63,463 nucleotides of DNA, from contig JAJUHI010000001.1 in NCBI GenBank assembly GCA_029267955.1, forward strand, positions 1 through 63,463. Reading direction: 5' to 3'. The DNA is from Sporobacter termitidis. GTDB lineage: Bacteria > Bacillota > Clostridia > Oscillospirales > Oscillospiraceae. The translations under genes were made by a program, and so were the position numbers. Positions 19,716-28,647 of the stretch are shown piece after piece. Under the pieces are notes generated by a model. It was not told the DNA's origin. It ran no database searches and was given only the letters and a program-made list of their open reading frames with translations. How positions within the stretch are numbered: the first letter of the stretch is position 1; each line of letters begins with the position of its first letter.

Positions 19716-20024
19716 CTACACCTGCATATTCATGATTTCCTTGTAAGCCTCAACCGCCTTGTTGCGCAGCTGCACGGTCAGGCTGACGGCTATTTCCGAT
19801 TTCTGCGCCGATATCAAAAGGTCGGCCAGGTCGTTTGTCTGGCCGGTCAGCAGCTCTAGCGCGCCCTTGGCGCTCTCGTCCCCGATCTGCTCATACCGGC
19901 TGATGGCCTCGTTTAGTATATCCTTAAAATCCGCTTCCCCGCTCGCGGCGGCGGCGGGCTTGGCGGCGTAGGTGTCGGCGACTTTACTGACGCTGCCGAC
20001 AATACCCGGTCCTGTCGTAGCCAT
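19716..20024 (-). CDS. fliE: Flagellar hook-basal body protein FliE
   Basis: F.DIL, AQKSE...LTVQLRNKAVEAYKEIMNMQV. Confidence 0.96.
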   Translation of the reverse strand: MATTGPGIVGSVSKVADTYAAKPAAAASGEADFKDILNEAISRYEQIGDESAKGALELLTGQTNDLADLLISAQKSEIAVSLTVQLRNKAVEAYKEIMNMQV

Positions 20025-20057
20025 AACGCAATCCCCTTCCCGAAACTCTCAATTAAA

Positions 20058-20498
20058 TTATTTGCCGATTTCAAGCGCTTTGACCGCCATATCCTTGTAG
20101 GCGTTAAACGCGGTCACGTTGGCCTCGTAAGACCGGTACGCCGAGATCATATCGACCATTTCCTGCGTGATGTCCACGTTGGGCATCTGGACATAACCGT
20201 CCTCGTTGGCGTCCGGATGCGTGGGGTTGTAGACAAGCTCATAGGGCGTCGTATCGTTGCCGATCTCCACGACCCGCACACCTGCGGCGCCTGTCTTATC
20301 AATGCCCTCGGAGGACCTTTTCAGCACGTCGGCAAAGCTCCCGCGCTGCTCAAGGACGACGTATTTCCGCGTGTAGGGCGTGCCGTCCTCGGTTCTGGTC
20401 GTATCCACATTGGCGATATTCTCAGAGATGACGTCCATGCGCAGGCGCTGCGCCGTCAGACCGGAGCCGCTGATATCCATCCCGCTGAGAAAGCCCAT
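20058..20498 (-). CDS. flgC: Flagellar basal-body rod protein FlgC
   Basis: DISGSGLTAQRLRMDVISENIAN, YNPTHPDA..GYV.MPNVD..EMVDMISA.RSYEAN. Confidence 0.98.
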   Translation of the reverse strand: MGFLSGMDISGSGLTAQRLRMDVISENIANVDTTRTEDGTPYTRKYVVLEQRGSFADVLKRSSEGIDKTGAAGVRVVEIGNDTTPYELVYNPTHPDANEDGYVQMPNVDITQEMVDMISAYRSYEANVTAFNAYKDMAVKALEIGK

Positions 20499-20559
20499 AT
20501 CGATCCCTCCTGATATAAATTTCCGTTACTGTCAGACCAACAAAGTCAATACCTTGTAA

Positions 20560-20700
20560 TACCTTGGCGAAAATGACTTTACAAGTCATTTTCGGCCCAT
20601 AGTGTGAAACCTCCGGTTTCACACGTCAAATCATTACCTTGGCAAAAATGACTTTTAAGTCATTTTTGACCCATAGCGTGTAACCGTAAGGTTACATGCG
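20560..20700. repeat. Tandem pair of ~66-nt double-hairpin repeat units
   Basis: Units at 20560-20625 and 20635-20700: TACCTTGGC(G/A)AAAATGAC..GTCATTTT..CCCATAG..AACC..GGTT..; partial third AATACCTTG at 20548. Confidence 0.85.
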
Positions 20701-21108
20701 TTATCCGTTTATTGCGGTGTTCAGCTTGCGGAATTCCGAGTTGATCTTGCTCACGGTGGCATAGTACTCGATGGAGTTCTTCGCCAGCTCCACCATTTCG
20801 TTTTCAATGTTGACGTTATTGCCGTCCAGGCGTGTGGAGGTTGTCCGGTCGGTATAAATCTCCGGCTCCACCTCGCCGAAGGATTCCGGCCCGCTCCCCT
20901 TGAGGTGTTTCTCGTTGGTGACGGCCATTTCAAGCTTGCCGCCGGAAGATGCGGCCTCGGCCATCAGCTCCTCGAATTGGACGCGGGACGCTTTGAAGCC
21001 CGGCGTGTCCACGTTGGCAATGTTGTTGCTGATGACCTCGTTTCTGAGCCAGGATGCGTTGAGCCCCTTTTTCAGGGTGTTTACGGATGAAAACATGTCA
21101 TCCAGCAC
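20701..21108 (-). CDS. flgB: Flagellar basal-body rod protein FlgB
   Basis: LRNEVISNNIANVDTPGFKA, RLDGNNVNIE.EM.ELAKN. Confidence 0.98.
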   Translation of the reverse strand: MLDDMFSSVNTLKKGLNASWLRNEVISNNIANVDTPGFKASRVQFEELMAEAASSGGKLEMAVTNEKHLKGSGPESFGEVEPEIYTDRTTSTRLDGNNVNIENEMVELAKNSIEYYATVSKINSEFRKLNTAING

Positions 21109-21152
21109 GGCTTGTCTTCCTCCCTTAAATCATATTTCCGGTTACATGCGGT

Positions 21153-22367
21153 TCAGCTGAGGAGCTTGTTGGCGTCGATCATCGCTTCGATGTAAAGCTG
21201 ATTGGCCTTTGCCATGTCAAAGCCGATGCCTGCGGCGGCCTCCTCCGCCGCATCCCACTCGGCGCGCTCTATGTGGCTTATTACCCTTAATAAATCCGCC
21301 ATTTCGCCCTCGTTCGTCACAAGGGGCCGGACGATATCGTCGCTTAAGTGCGTCTCCTGCAGGATGGCTTCAATGGGCGTGTCCATAATCGCCTCGGCCA
21401 GGGAAAACATCCCCACCAGGAAATACTCGTCCCGGTTGCGCCGTTTTTTCTGTAAAATGGCCACCTTCTCCATGAAGATGCCCCGGACCAGCGCCGCCCG
21501 GATCAGCTCGCTGGGCTTTGCGGACTTGATCTGGTTGAGGACGATGAGCGAGATCCATTTCTTGATCTCGTTGAGCCCCAGAATCAACAGCGCGTGCAGG
21601 ATGCCCGTTACGGTGTACTTCAGGCCGTAATACGCGGAATTGACAATTTTCAAAAGGCGGTAGGATAACACCAGATCCCGCTTGATGACGTTTGCCAGGT
21701 CGAAAAAGCTGACCTCCGGGTCCGCGACGTATTTGATCAGCTGCAGCTTGCTGATTTGCATCGGATCGGTGCATTTGGCGTTGGAGATGATGGGCTTGCA
21801 GAAGAAAAAACCCTGAAACAGGTTGAAGCCGAGAGAACGGGCCAGCTCCAGCTCTTCATACGTCTCGATTTTTTCAGCCAGAAGAATCTTTCGCCGGTTG
21901 TTGTTGATCTTGGACACGCAGTCTTTGACTTCATCCACGCCGCATTTGGCAAAATCGATCTTGATGATATCCGCAAGGTCAATGAGCGGCTCGCTCTCCT
22001 CTTTATAGGTAAAGTCGTCCAGCGCTATGAGATACCCGCGGGTTTTCAGCTTCTTGCAGGCTGCCAGAACAGGCTCCGTCGGGTGGATGTCTTCCAGCAG
22101 CTCGACAATCAAAATCTCGTTGGACAGCATGAGGGGCGCTTCATCGAGCACAAGCTCCTCCGTGAAGTTGACGAAAGCCTTTCGCCCGCCCGTAATCGCC
22201 TCGATGCCGATATCGCTGAAAGCCGTCACCAGTAGGTTCTTTGTGGCGTCGCTGCCGTCAGCCGCGTCGTAAGCCAGGCTGTCTTTCCCTGCCCTGTATA
22301 ACAACTCATAACCGAAAATTTCTTTTTTGACGTTGAATATCGGCTGACTTGCTACACAATCAAACAC
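21153..22367 (-). CDS. EAL + HDOD domain c-di-GMP phosphodiesterase (YuxH/PdeH-like)
   Basis: QPIF..GYELLYR, FVNF, ALDDF, IIKID, LLAEKIET, FQGFFF, LSYRLLK.VNSA, LVGMFSL. Confidence 0.9.
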   Translation of the reverse strand: MFDCVASQPIFNVKKEIFGYELLYRAGKDSLAYDAADGSDATKNLLVTAFSDIGIEAITGGRKAFVNFTEELVLDEAPLMLSNEILIVELLEDIHPTEPVLAACKKLKTRGYLIALDDFTYKEESEPLIDLADIIKIDFAKCGVDEVKDCVSKINNNRRKILLAEKIETYEELELARSLGFNLFQGFFFCKPIISNAKCTDPMQISKLQLIKYVADPEVSFFDLANVIKRDLVLSYRLLKIVNSAYYGLKYTVTGILHALLILGLNEIKKWISLIVLNQIKSAKPSELIRAALVRGIFMEKVAILQKKRRNRDEYFLVGMFSLAEAIMDTPIEAILQETHLSDDIVRPLVTNEGEMADLLRVISHIERAEWDAAEEAAAGIGFDMAKANQLYIEAMIDANKLLS

Positions 22368-22415
22368 GTAAAACCACTCTCATTACAAAATATCGGTCAT
22401 CCGGCGACCTGTCCG

Positions 22416-23570
22416 TCATCGGATAATCTCCGTGATGCGCACGCCGTAGTTTTCGTCGATGACGACAACCTCGCCCTTGGCGATGCGTTTGCCGTTGACA
22501 ATCACATCCACCAGCTCGCCGGCCTGCTTGTCCAGAACAATGATCGAGCCGATGCCGAGATTTAGGATGTCGCTGAGGCTCTTCTTGGTTTTGCCCAGCT
22601 CAACGGTGACCTGGAGGGGGATGTCGTTGATCAGATCGTAATTGACGCTGATACTGCTGCTATCGTCCGGCGGGCTGGGCGGCTCGTCAAAGGACTGGTA
22701 GGAGGCCGGCTTCACGGACTGCACACGTTTCGGGTCCGGCGCCGGCGGTTTCTTCGCAGCGGCCGCGGAGCTCGCCTGCGGCGCTGCCGCCCGGGCCGGC
22801 GGGGGCGGGGGCGCCGGCGACGCCGCGGGCTGTTCAACCGGCATCAGCTTGTCAATCATGGAACGGGCCATATCAATGGACATGATCTGCATCAGCTTGC
22901 TCCTGAGCAGCCCTTCGATTTCCATGTCAAAGCTGATTTTGACCACCAGAGGCGCGCCGTCTAAGAAATAGGAGACGTCGTCGTCGCAGGAGGCCTGCTG
23001 GACCTCCGGGGGCGAGATGTTGACCTCATGGCTCATCATGTTGGCCATGGCCGTCGCCGCCGAACCGATCATCTGGTTCATGACCTCGCTCATGGCGCTC
23101 AAATGAATCTCATTGAGGATGATGTTATCTTTATCCACCTGGCCGTCGCCGCCCATGAGCAGGTCCGTCATGATGGCGGCGTCGTAATCCTTGATGATCA
23201 GGAGATTTTTCCCCTGCATGCCTTCGGTGTATTCCACACTGATGGCCAGCAGCGGCCATTTGAATGCCGACAGCGCGTTTTCCGCCTTATACAGCCCCAC
23301 CTTCGGCGTCGTGATGTTGACGCGCCTTCCAAGGAGCGCGTACATGGTTGTGGCGGAGGTGCCCATGCAAATGTTGCCGATCTCCCCCAGCGCGTCGATC
23401 TCCTGGTGTGTGAAATATTCGGAAATATCTTCCTGCACGGCGGCGTCGGCCTGCTCAAATTCCCGCAGTTCCCTCTCGGCCTCAACCAGACTCTGCGTGA
23501 TGGTAGCCGGCTGGGTGCCGTTGACGATGGCGTCAATCTCCGCTTGTGTCAGGTCACTCATTTTCTTCAT
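22416..23570 (-). CDS. fliY: Flagellar motor switch phosphatase FliY
   Basis: LTQAEIDA, DALGEIGNI and SEVMNQM CheC-like sites, C-terminal FliN domain (DIPLQVTVELG..GEVVVIDENYGVRIT). Confidence 0.96.
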   Translation of the reverse strand: MKKMSDLTQAEIDAIVNGTQPATITQSLVEAERELREFEQADAAVQEDISEYFTHQEIDALGEIGNICMGTSATTMYALLGRRVNITTPKVGLYKAENALSAFKWPLLAISVEYTEGMQGKNLLIIKDYDAAIMTDLLMGGDGQVDKDNIILNEIHLSAMSEVMNQMIGSAATAMANMMSHEVNISPPEVQQASCDDDVSYFLDGAPLVVKISFDMEIEGLLRSKLMQIMSIDMARSMIDKLMPVEQPAASPAPPPPPARAAAPQASSAAAAKKPPAPDPKRVQSVKPASYQSFDEPPSPPDDSSSISVNYDLINDIPLQVTVELGKTKKSLSDILNLGIGSIIVLDKQAGELVDVIVNGKRIAKGEVVVIDENYGVRITEIIR

Positions 23571-24537
23571 CTCCTTTTATTTCTTCCAGAATCTTCAGCG
23601 CCAGATTGTTCTTGTATTTGCCCATCGCAGCTCTAAACTTGGGGAGATGCTGGTACCGGACGATCACGGGCTCGTCCACCTGATGCGCCAGTTTGATTAC
23701 ATCGCCCACATTCAGGCTGGTAATGTCCCGGACCGTGGCCGTTGTCGGGTTGAATACCGCGCTGATTGTGATATCCGTACGGCTGATCGCGTTGGCTATG
23801 GTTTCCGGATTGGTCTCTATTCTCTTGTTGGGGTTCATGGAATACATCTGCTTTGTATTCAGCTTTTTCGTAAAAGGCTCCAGGGCCTGATGCGGCAGAA
23901 CGAAGCCCACAAGGCCGCTTTCGTTGCCGATGGTGACGTTCAGCGTTACCATCAGCACCGGCTCGTTCATGTCCACAATCTGGGCAAATTGCATGCTGGT
24001 TTCAACCTTTTCAAGGACTGAGTTCACTTCCATGATCTTCACCCAGGCCTCGTCAAAGTTCCTCAGGCTCTCCCAGAGGACCCGCTCGATGATCGCCAGC
24101 TCAATCTCCGTAAACTGACGCCCCTCGGAGGCAATCTCCTTTGTACCGCCCAGCACCCGGCTGATGATGGAGTAGGAGATCTCCTTTGACATTTCCATGA
24201 TAAACGATCCCATGAACGGCGACGTGTTGATGATCGCAACGATGACAGGAGACGGCACCGAGTTGTTAAACTCGCTGAAGGATATCTCCTCGATGGACAG
24301 CACCTCGGCGTCACAGCTGGCCCGAAGCGTCCCCATCAGATAGTTTGACAGAAGATGGCCAAAATTCTTAAAAACCACGTTGATGGCCCGGATCTGTTCG
24401 CGCGTAAAGCGGTTGGCCGTTTTAAAGTCGTAGGGCTTTACGGTGTCTTTCTGTTCTTCCTCATTTTCTTCGGCATTTCCCGAAACCAGATCCCGCAACA
24501 GTTTGTCTATCTCGGCCTGGGATAAAACATCGAGCAA
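23554..24537 (-). CDS. fliM: Flagellar motor switch protein FliM
   Basis: DVLSQAEIDKLL, PYDFK, RQFTEIE, L.VGDVI.L; start TTG 24537 or GTG 24549. Confidence 0.96.
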   Translation of the reverse strand: MLDVLSQAEIDKLLRDLVSGNAEENEEEQKDTVKPYDFKTANRFTREQIRAINVVFKNFGHLLSNYLMGTLRASCDAEVLSIEEISFSEFNNSVPSPVIVAIINTSPFMGSFIMEMSKEISYSIISRVLGGTKEIASEGRQFTEIELAIIERVLWESLRNFDEAWVKIMEVNSVLEKVETSMQFAQIVDMNEPVLMVTLNVTIGNESGLVGFVLPHQALEPFTKKLNTKQMYSMNPNKRIETNPETIANAISRTDITISAVFNPTTATVRDITSLNVGDVIKLAHQVDEPVIVRYQHLPKFRAAMGKYKNNLALKILEEIKGDEENE

Positions 24538-24609
24538 GCATATCACCACCCATTCTCAGCATTACCGGCGCGTCGGCCGGCCCTCATTTCCAGCGTTTTG
24601 TCGGCGATT

Positions 24610-25008
24610 TTACTGCATGACAAAATCGCTGAATTTAACCGTTACGATATTGTCTATTCCAAGGGCCTCGTTTAACGCTTCGGATATCTTGCCGCGCAGC
24701 GTTTGCTGAATATCGGCGCTCTCGATATCATCCTCGGTCAGATCGCGAAGAATAAACAGAATCGTATCTCTGATCGTAAAGAGATTTTCCTCGAAATACT
24801 CATCCATCCCCTTTTTGTTGATTACCAGGACGACGGATGTTTTAAACAGCTTATCGCTGTTTTTGACATTTGTGATAAAAGCGTCTTCGACGGCATAATT
24901 GTAGAAGACTTCTTCCTTGGTATCGCTCTTGTCCTGGAAAAAAAGGAAATACGCAGCCGCGGCCAGCGCGATGATGATGACGATGACGATAATCCCTGTC
25001 TTGTTCAT
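24610..25008 (-). CDS. fliL: Flagellar basal body-associated protein FliL
   Basis: N-terminal TM, FITN, IRDTI..ILR, V.FSDFVMQ. Confidence 0.92.
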   Translation of the reverse strand: MNKTGIIVIVIIIALAAAAYFLFFQDKSDTKEEVFYNYAVEDAFITNVKNSDKLFKTSVVLVINKKGMDEYFEENLFTIRDTILFILRDLTEDDIESADIQQTLRGKISEALNEALGIDNIVTVKFSDFVMQ

Positions 25009-25016
25009 GTTCTCGT

Positions 25017-25805
25017 TTACTCCTCGCCGTTTTCAAGCACTTTAATTTTATTAAAAACAAAGTCCACGCGCCTGTTCAATTGCCGGCCTTCCGGCGTGTC
25101 GTTGGTGGCAATCGGCTGGTATTCCCCGTAACCGGCGACCGAAAGCTTTTCGGGGTCAATCAGCCCGGATGCCAGAAGGATGCGCAGGGTGTTGGTCGCC
25201 CTTTTTGCGGACAGGTCCCAGTTGTCCTTAAACTCGGCGGTGTTGATCGGAACGTTGTCCGTATGCCCCTCAATGTCGACCATGCTGATCGCGTCAATAT
25301 TGTCCGCGATAATCCGGATAAAGTGGTTCAGCGTTTCCTCGCTTTCGGGCCGGATGACGGCTTTGCCCGAGTCGAAAAGGGCAATTTCATTAAATCTTAG
25401 GATGATCACATCCTCGGTCCGCGAGACGCTCATCTGACCGGACAGATTGTTGACCTCGATGTAGAGAAGTATCCTTTGGTACAGCTCGTCGAATATCCCG
25501 TCGATTTGCTCCTGCATTTCAACCAGCGCCTGCTGCTCCTGGCCGTCGGATCTGTTTTCGAAATTGATCATGGCGTCGATTTTAATGGGGTCTTCCCGGA
25601 TGGTCGCCACGTCAAAAGCCTTAACGACCGCGCCGCCGCCGCTGCCTGTAAACGCGCTGACAAGCTCCTGCCACTTCGTTTGATTGAGGGATGAAAACGA
25701 GTAAAGCAGGACGAAGAAGCATAAGAGGAGCGTTACCATGTCGCCGTATGTATCCATCCAGTTATAACCGCCGCTCTCTTCCTCGGGCTCATCTTTTCTT
25801 CTCAT
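25017..25805 (-). CDS. motB: Flagellar stator protein MotB
   Basis: WMDTYGDMVTLLLCFFVLL; OmpA-like EGHTDN, NWDLS..RA, NRRV. Confidence 0.96.
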   Translation of the reverse strand: MRRKDEPEEESGGYNWMDTYGDMVTLLLCFFVLLYSFSSLNQTKWQELVSAFTGSGGGAVVKAFDVATIREDPIKIDAMINFENRSDGQEQQALVEMQEQIDGIFDELYQRILLYIEVNNLSGQMSVSRTEDVIILRFNEIALFDSGKAVIRPESEETLNHFIRIIADNIDAISMVDIEGHTDNVPINTAEFKDNWDLSAKRATNTLRILLASGLIDPEKLSVAGYGEYQPIATNDTPEGRQLNRRVDFVFNKIKVLENGEE

Positions 25806-25866
25806 AGGTTCAGTCTCACTCCTGTCCTAACGGCACAGGTGCCGTTTTGTTCAGCTGTCAGCCGTC

Positions 25867-26673
25867 TTAAGCTTCTTCGCTTTCCAATGCCGCTTCCTTG
25901 GCTTTGGCGGCTTTCTCCAAAACCGCCAGCTCCGCATCAGAGAGGAAGGCGTTGAGTTTTTCACGAATGGAGCGCGGGTTTTCGCCGTTCTGCACGGCCA
26001 TGATCCCTTCGAGCATCAGCTCCTTGCGCAGGTATTCGACATCGCCCAGCGCCTTGAGCCGTCTGGCCAGGGGCATGAAAACCTGGTTTGCCAGGATCGA
26101 GCCGTAGAAGGTCGTCACCAGGGCCACGGACATGTTGGGCCCCAGAGAGCCCATGTCGTCCAGGTTCTTGAGCATGTTGATCAGGCCGATCAGCGTACCG
26201 ATCATACCGAAGGCCGGCGCGTAGGCGGCGGCCGCTTCAAGGATCGCCCTGTTTTCGCTGTGGCGCTGCTTTGTGATGGAAAGCTCCGCTTCCAGGATAC
26301 TACGCAACAGCTCCTGGTCGTAGCCGTCCACCACAAGCAGGATGCCTTTTTTCAGGAAAGGCTCGTTCATGTTTTCGGCCATTTCCTCAAGGGCAAGCAG
26401 CCCGTTTCTTCTGGCGTTGTTGGCGATATCAACGATCAGGTCAATGTCTTTGGAAAGGTCCACCTGCTGCTTTTTGAAAGCAATCCTCAGCGCTTTCATC
26501 AGCCGTCTCATCCGTTCGGGCGAGAAGGAGGCCACCGTCGAGCAGATAACGCCGCCGACGACGATGAACACCGACGGTCCGTCGATGAAAGCTTCGATGC
26601 CGCCGCCCATAAGAATGCTGACTATTACGCAGATAATCCCCAAAAACAGGCTGAGTATGGTTGATATGCTCAT
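25867..26673 (-). CDS. motA: Flagellar stator protein MotA
   Basis: AR.NGLLALEE, PAFGMIGTLIGLI.ML, VALVTTFYG, GENPR. Confidence 0.96.
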   Translation of the reverse strand: MSISTILSLFLGIICVIVSILMGGGIEAFIDGPSVFIVVGGVICSTVASFSPERMRRLMKALRIAFKKQQVDLSKDIDLIVDIANNARRNGLLALEEMAENMNEPFLKKGILLVVDGYDQELLRSILEAELSITKQRHSENRAILEAAAAYAPAFGMIGTLIGLINMLKNLDDMGSLGPNMSVALVTTFYGSILANQVFMPLARRLKALGDVEYLRKELMLEGIMAVQNGENPRSIREKLNAFLSDAELAVLEKAAKAKEAALESEEA

Positions 26674-26703
26674 ATTCCCGTCACTCCACTTTTATGGAAA
26701 CGT

Positions 26704-26919
26704 CTACTCCACGAGCTCCCCGTCTTCGTCTCTGGTCATGAGGACGGCTCTCTTCACCCTGATAATCTTTTTGGTGATCTCCTCGGCAGTTTCGGCTACA
26801 GCGTATTTCCTGCCGGATACCATTGTCAGGATTGTGTCGGGCGTTTCTTCCATGTATTCTATCTGGTTTTCATTGATCCAGAATTGATCAATCTTGTTGA
26901 TCCGCGTTACCTTAATCAT
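26704..26919 (-). CDS. flbD: Flagellar protein FlbD (SwrD-like)
   Basis: MIKVTR.N...N..IE..EETPDT.LT...G.KY.V.E. Confidence 0.93.
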   Translation of the reverse strand: MIKVTRINKIDQFWINENQIEYMEETPDTILTMVSGRKYAVAETAEEITKKIIRVKRAVLMTRDEDGELVE

Positions 26920-26930
26920 GGCGGTTCACC

Positions 26931-27974
26931 TTACCGCTTGAGGTTGATAAGCTCCTCGAGCATGGTGTCCGTCGTGGTGATAACCCTGGAATTGGCCTGG
27001 AAGCCTCTCTGGGTGATGATCATGTTGGTCAGCTCCGTGGACAGGTCCACATTGGACATCTCCAGGCTGCCGCTTTTGATTTTGCCGCACTTGTTGCCGG
27101 CAAAATTGTATACGGCGTCACCACTGTTGGCCGACTCGACATAGTAGCTTGAACCAACCTTTTCCAGGCCGCCCGTGTTGCTGAAGGTGGCCAGCACAAT
27201 GCGTCCCAGCGTCACCTTTTTGCCGTCCTCCGTGAGGGCCGTCACAACACCGGCCTCGTCAATGGCGTAACCGGACAGGTTTTTAAGCTGTACGATATCG
27301 GTGTCCGGGTCTGCGGCGTCGTCTATCCCGTTCAGGTCGTAGTTGCCGATTGCGTCCAGCGTGCCGTCTCCGTTGGTATCCACCATGATATCGCCGGAAA
27401 TCTTGATCCTCGTCAGGTTTGCTCTGGTAAATGTATCCAAGTTTTCAATGGAGCTGTTTAAGTTATCCACAACGGGCGGCGTCGCGGTGGCATCGTCATC
27501 GTTGTCTGCGTCGGTTCCCATATTTAAGCCGTTGGCGTTATTGGGGCCTGCGATATTGCTGATGCCCAGAATGTAGCTGCCGTTGGGGTCGACAAGATAC
27601 CCCTCCGCGTCGATCATGAACGCGCCGGCGCGGGTATACTTCAGTTCGCCGCTGCCGTCGTCGACGATAAAGAAGCCTTCGCCGGCAATGGCAAAGTCCA
27701 GCGGGTTGGAGGTCTGCTGGGTGCTGCCCTCCGTCATGTTCATGCCGATGGCCGCAATACCGGTGCCGAGGCCGACCTGCATGGCGTTGCGGCCGCCCGT
27801 TGTGGCGGTGGGCGCCGTGGCGTTGGAAATCGTCTGGCTGAAGATATCCTGGAAAACCGTTCTGCTTGTCTTATAACCGATGGTGTTGACATTGGCGATG
27901 TTGTTGCCGATGACATCCATGGCCGTCTGGTTGCTCTTGAGACCCGATACGGCCGAGAAGAGTGAACGCATCAT
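26931..27974 (-). CDS. flgE: Flagellar hook protein FlgE
   Basis: MMRSLFSAVSGL, MDVIGNNIANVNT.GYK, LEMSNVDLS.E.T.MIITQRGFQANSR; follows flgD. Confidence 0.93.
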   Translation of the reverse strand: MMRSLFSAVSGLKSNQTAMDVIGNNIANVNTIGYKTSRTVFQDIFSQTISNATAPTATTGGRNAMQVGLGTGIAAIGMNMTEGSTQQTSNPLDFAIAGEGFFIVDDGSGELKYTRAGAFMIDAEGYLVDPNGSYILGISNIAGPNNANGLNMGTDADNDDDATATPPVVDNLNSSIENLDTFTRANLTRIKISGDIMVDTNGDGTLDAIGNYDLNGIDDAADPDTDIVQLKNLSGYAIDEAGVVTALTEDGKKVTLGRIVLATFSNTGGLEKVGSSYYVESANSGDAVYNFAGNKCGKIKSGSLEMSNVDLSTELTNMIITQRGFQANSRVITTTDTMLEELINLKR

Positions 27975-28038
27975 AAAGCATGTCTCCTGTCATATTAAAA
28001 TAATTGGTATCGTTGGTATCTGCTGTTATTAAAGGCGG

Positions 28039-28611
28039 TTATCCGTCCGTACTCCCGTCAGCCGGGTTGCCTGTCGTCTCCGTTTCGCCGCCTGTCTGGG
28101 GTTCTCCAACCGTTTCCGGTTCCTCAGCCGCTCCCGGTTCCTCAGCCGCGCCGCTGTCTCCGGTCTCCTCCGGCTCTTCGGATTCCGGTTGGGTCGCAGC
28201 CGGCGGCGGGAATACCTGCTTGATATCGTTGATGTTGATGGCGGTGTTGCCCACGACGACGTATGGAATGCCGCCTCTGATGACCACGCTTTCCACGACG
28301 CCGAGATACGCCTTAGTCTCGCCGGTGTTCTTGTCGAGTACCTCGGCGTAAATCTCCATGCCCACCATGTCGTAGGCCTGCGAGTTTTTCAGCGTGGCGC
28401 TCATGGCCTGTATTTCCTGCAGGGACGACATCTGCGCCATCTGGGTGACAAACGCCGTGTCCTTCTGAGGTTCCAGCGGGTCCTGATACTTCAGCTGCGC
28501 CACCAGCAGCTTGAGAAAGGTTTCGGTATCCACCTTGGAATTGCTGGCGTCCTTGGAGGTGTCTCTAACGTAGGCTGTCGTATCGACAGTACCCACCGCG
28601 TTTGTTGGCAT
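28039..28611 (-). CDS. flgD: Flagellar hook capping protein FlgD
   Basis: FLKLLVAQLKYQDPLEP..FVTQMAQ.SSL; acidic low-complexity tail. Confidence 0.95.
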   Translation of the reverse strand: MPTNAVGTVDTTAYVRDTSKDASNSKVDTETFLKLLVAQLKYQDPLEPQKDTAFVTQMAQMSSLQEIQAMSATLKNSQAYDMVGMEIYAEVLDKNTGETKAYLGVVESVVIRGGIPYVVVGNTAININDIKQVFPPPAATQPESEEPEETGDSGAAEEPGAAEEPETVGEPQTGGETETTGNPADGSTDG

Positions 28612-28647
28612 CTCACGGCCCCCTTTTCGGATTAATCTCGGTTATCT

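Noticed and set aside
20560-20700. Possible CRISPR mini-array
   Set aside because: Only two ~66-nt units with a 9-nt gap, no unique spacers and no cas genes.
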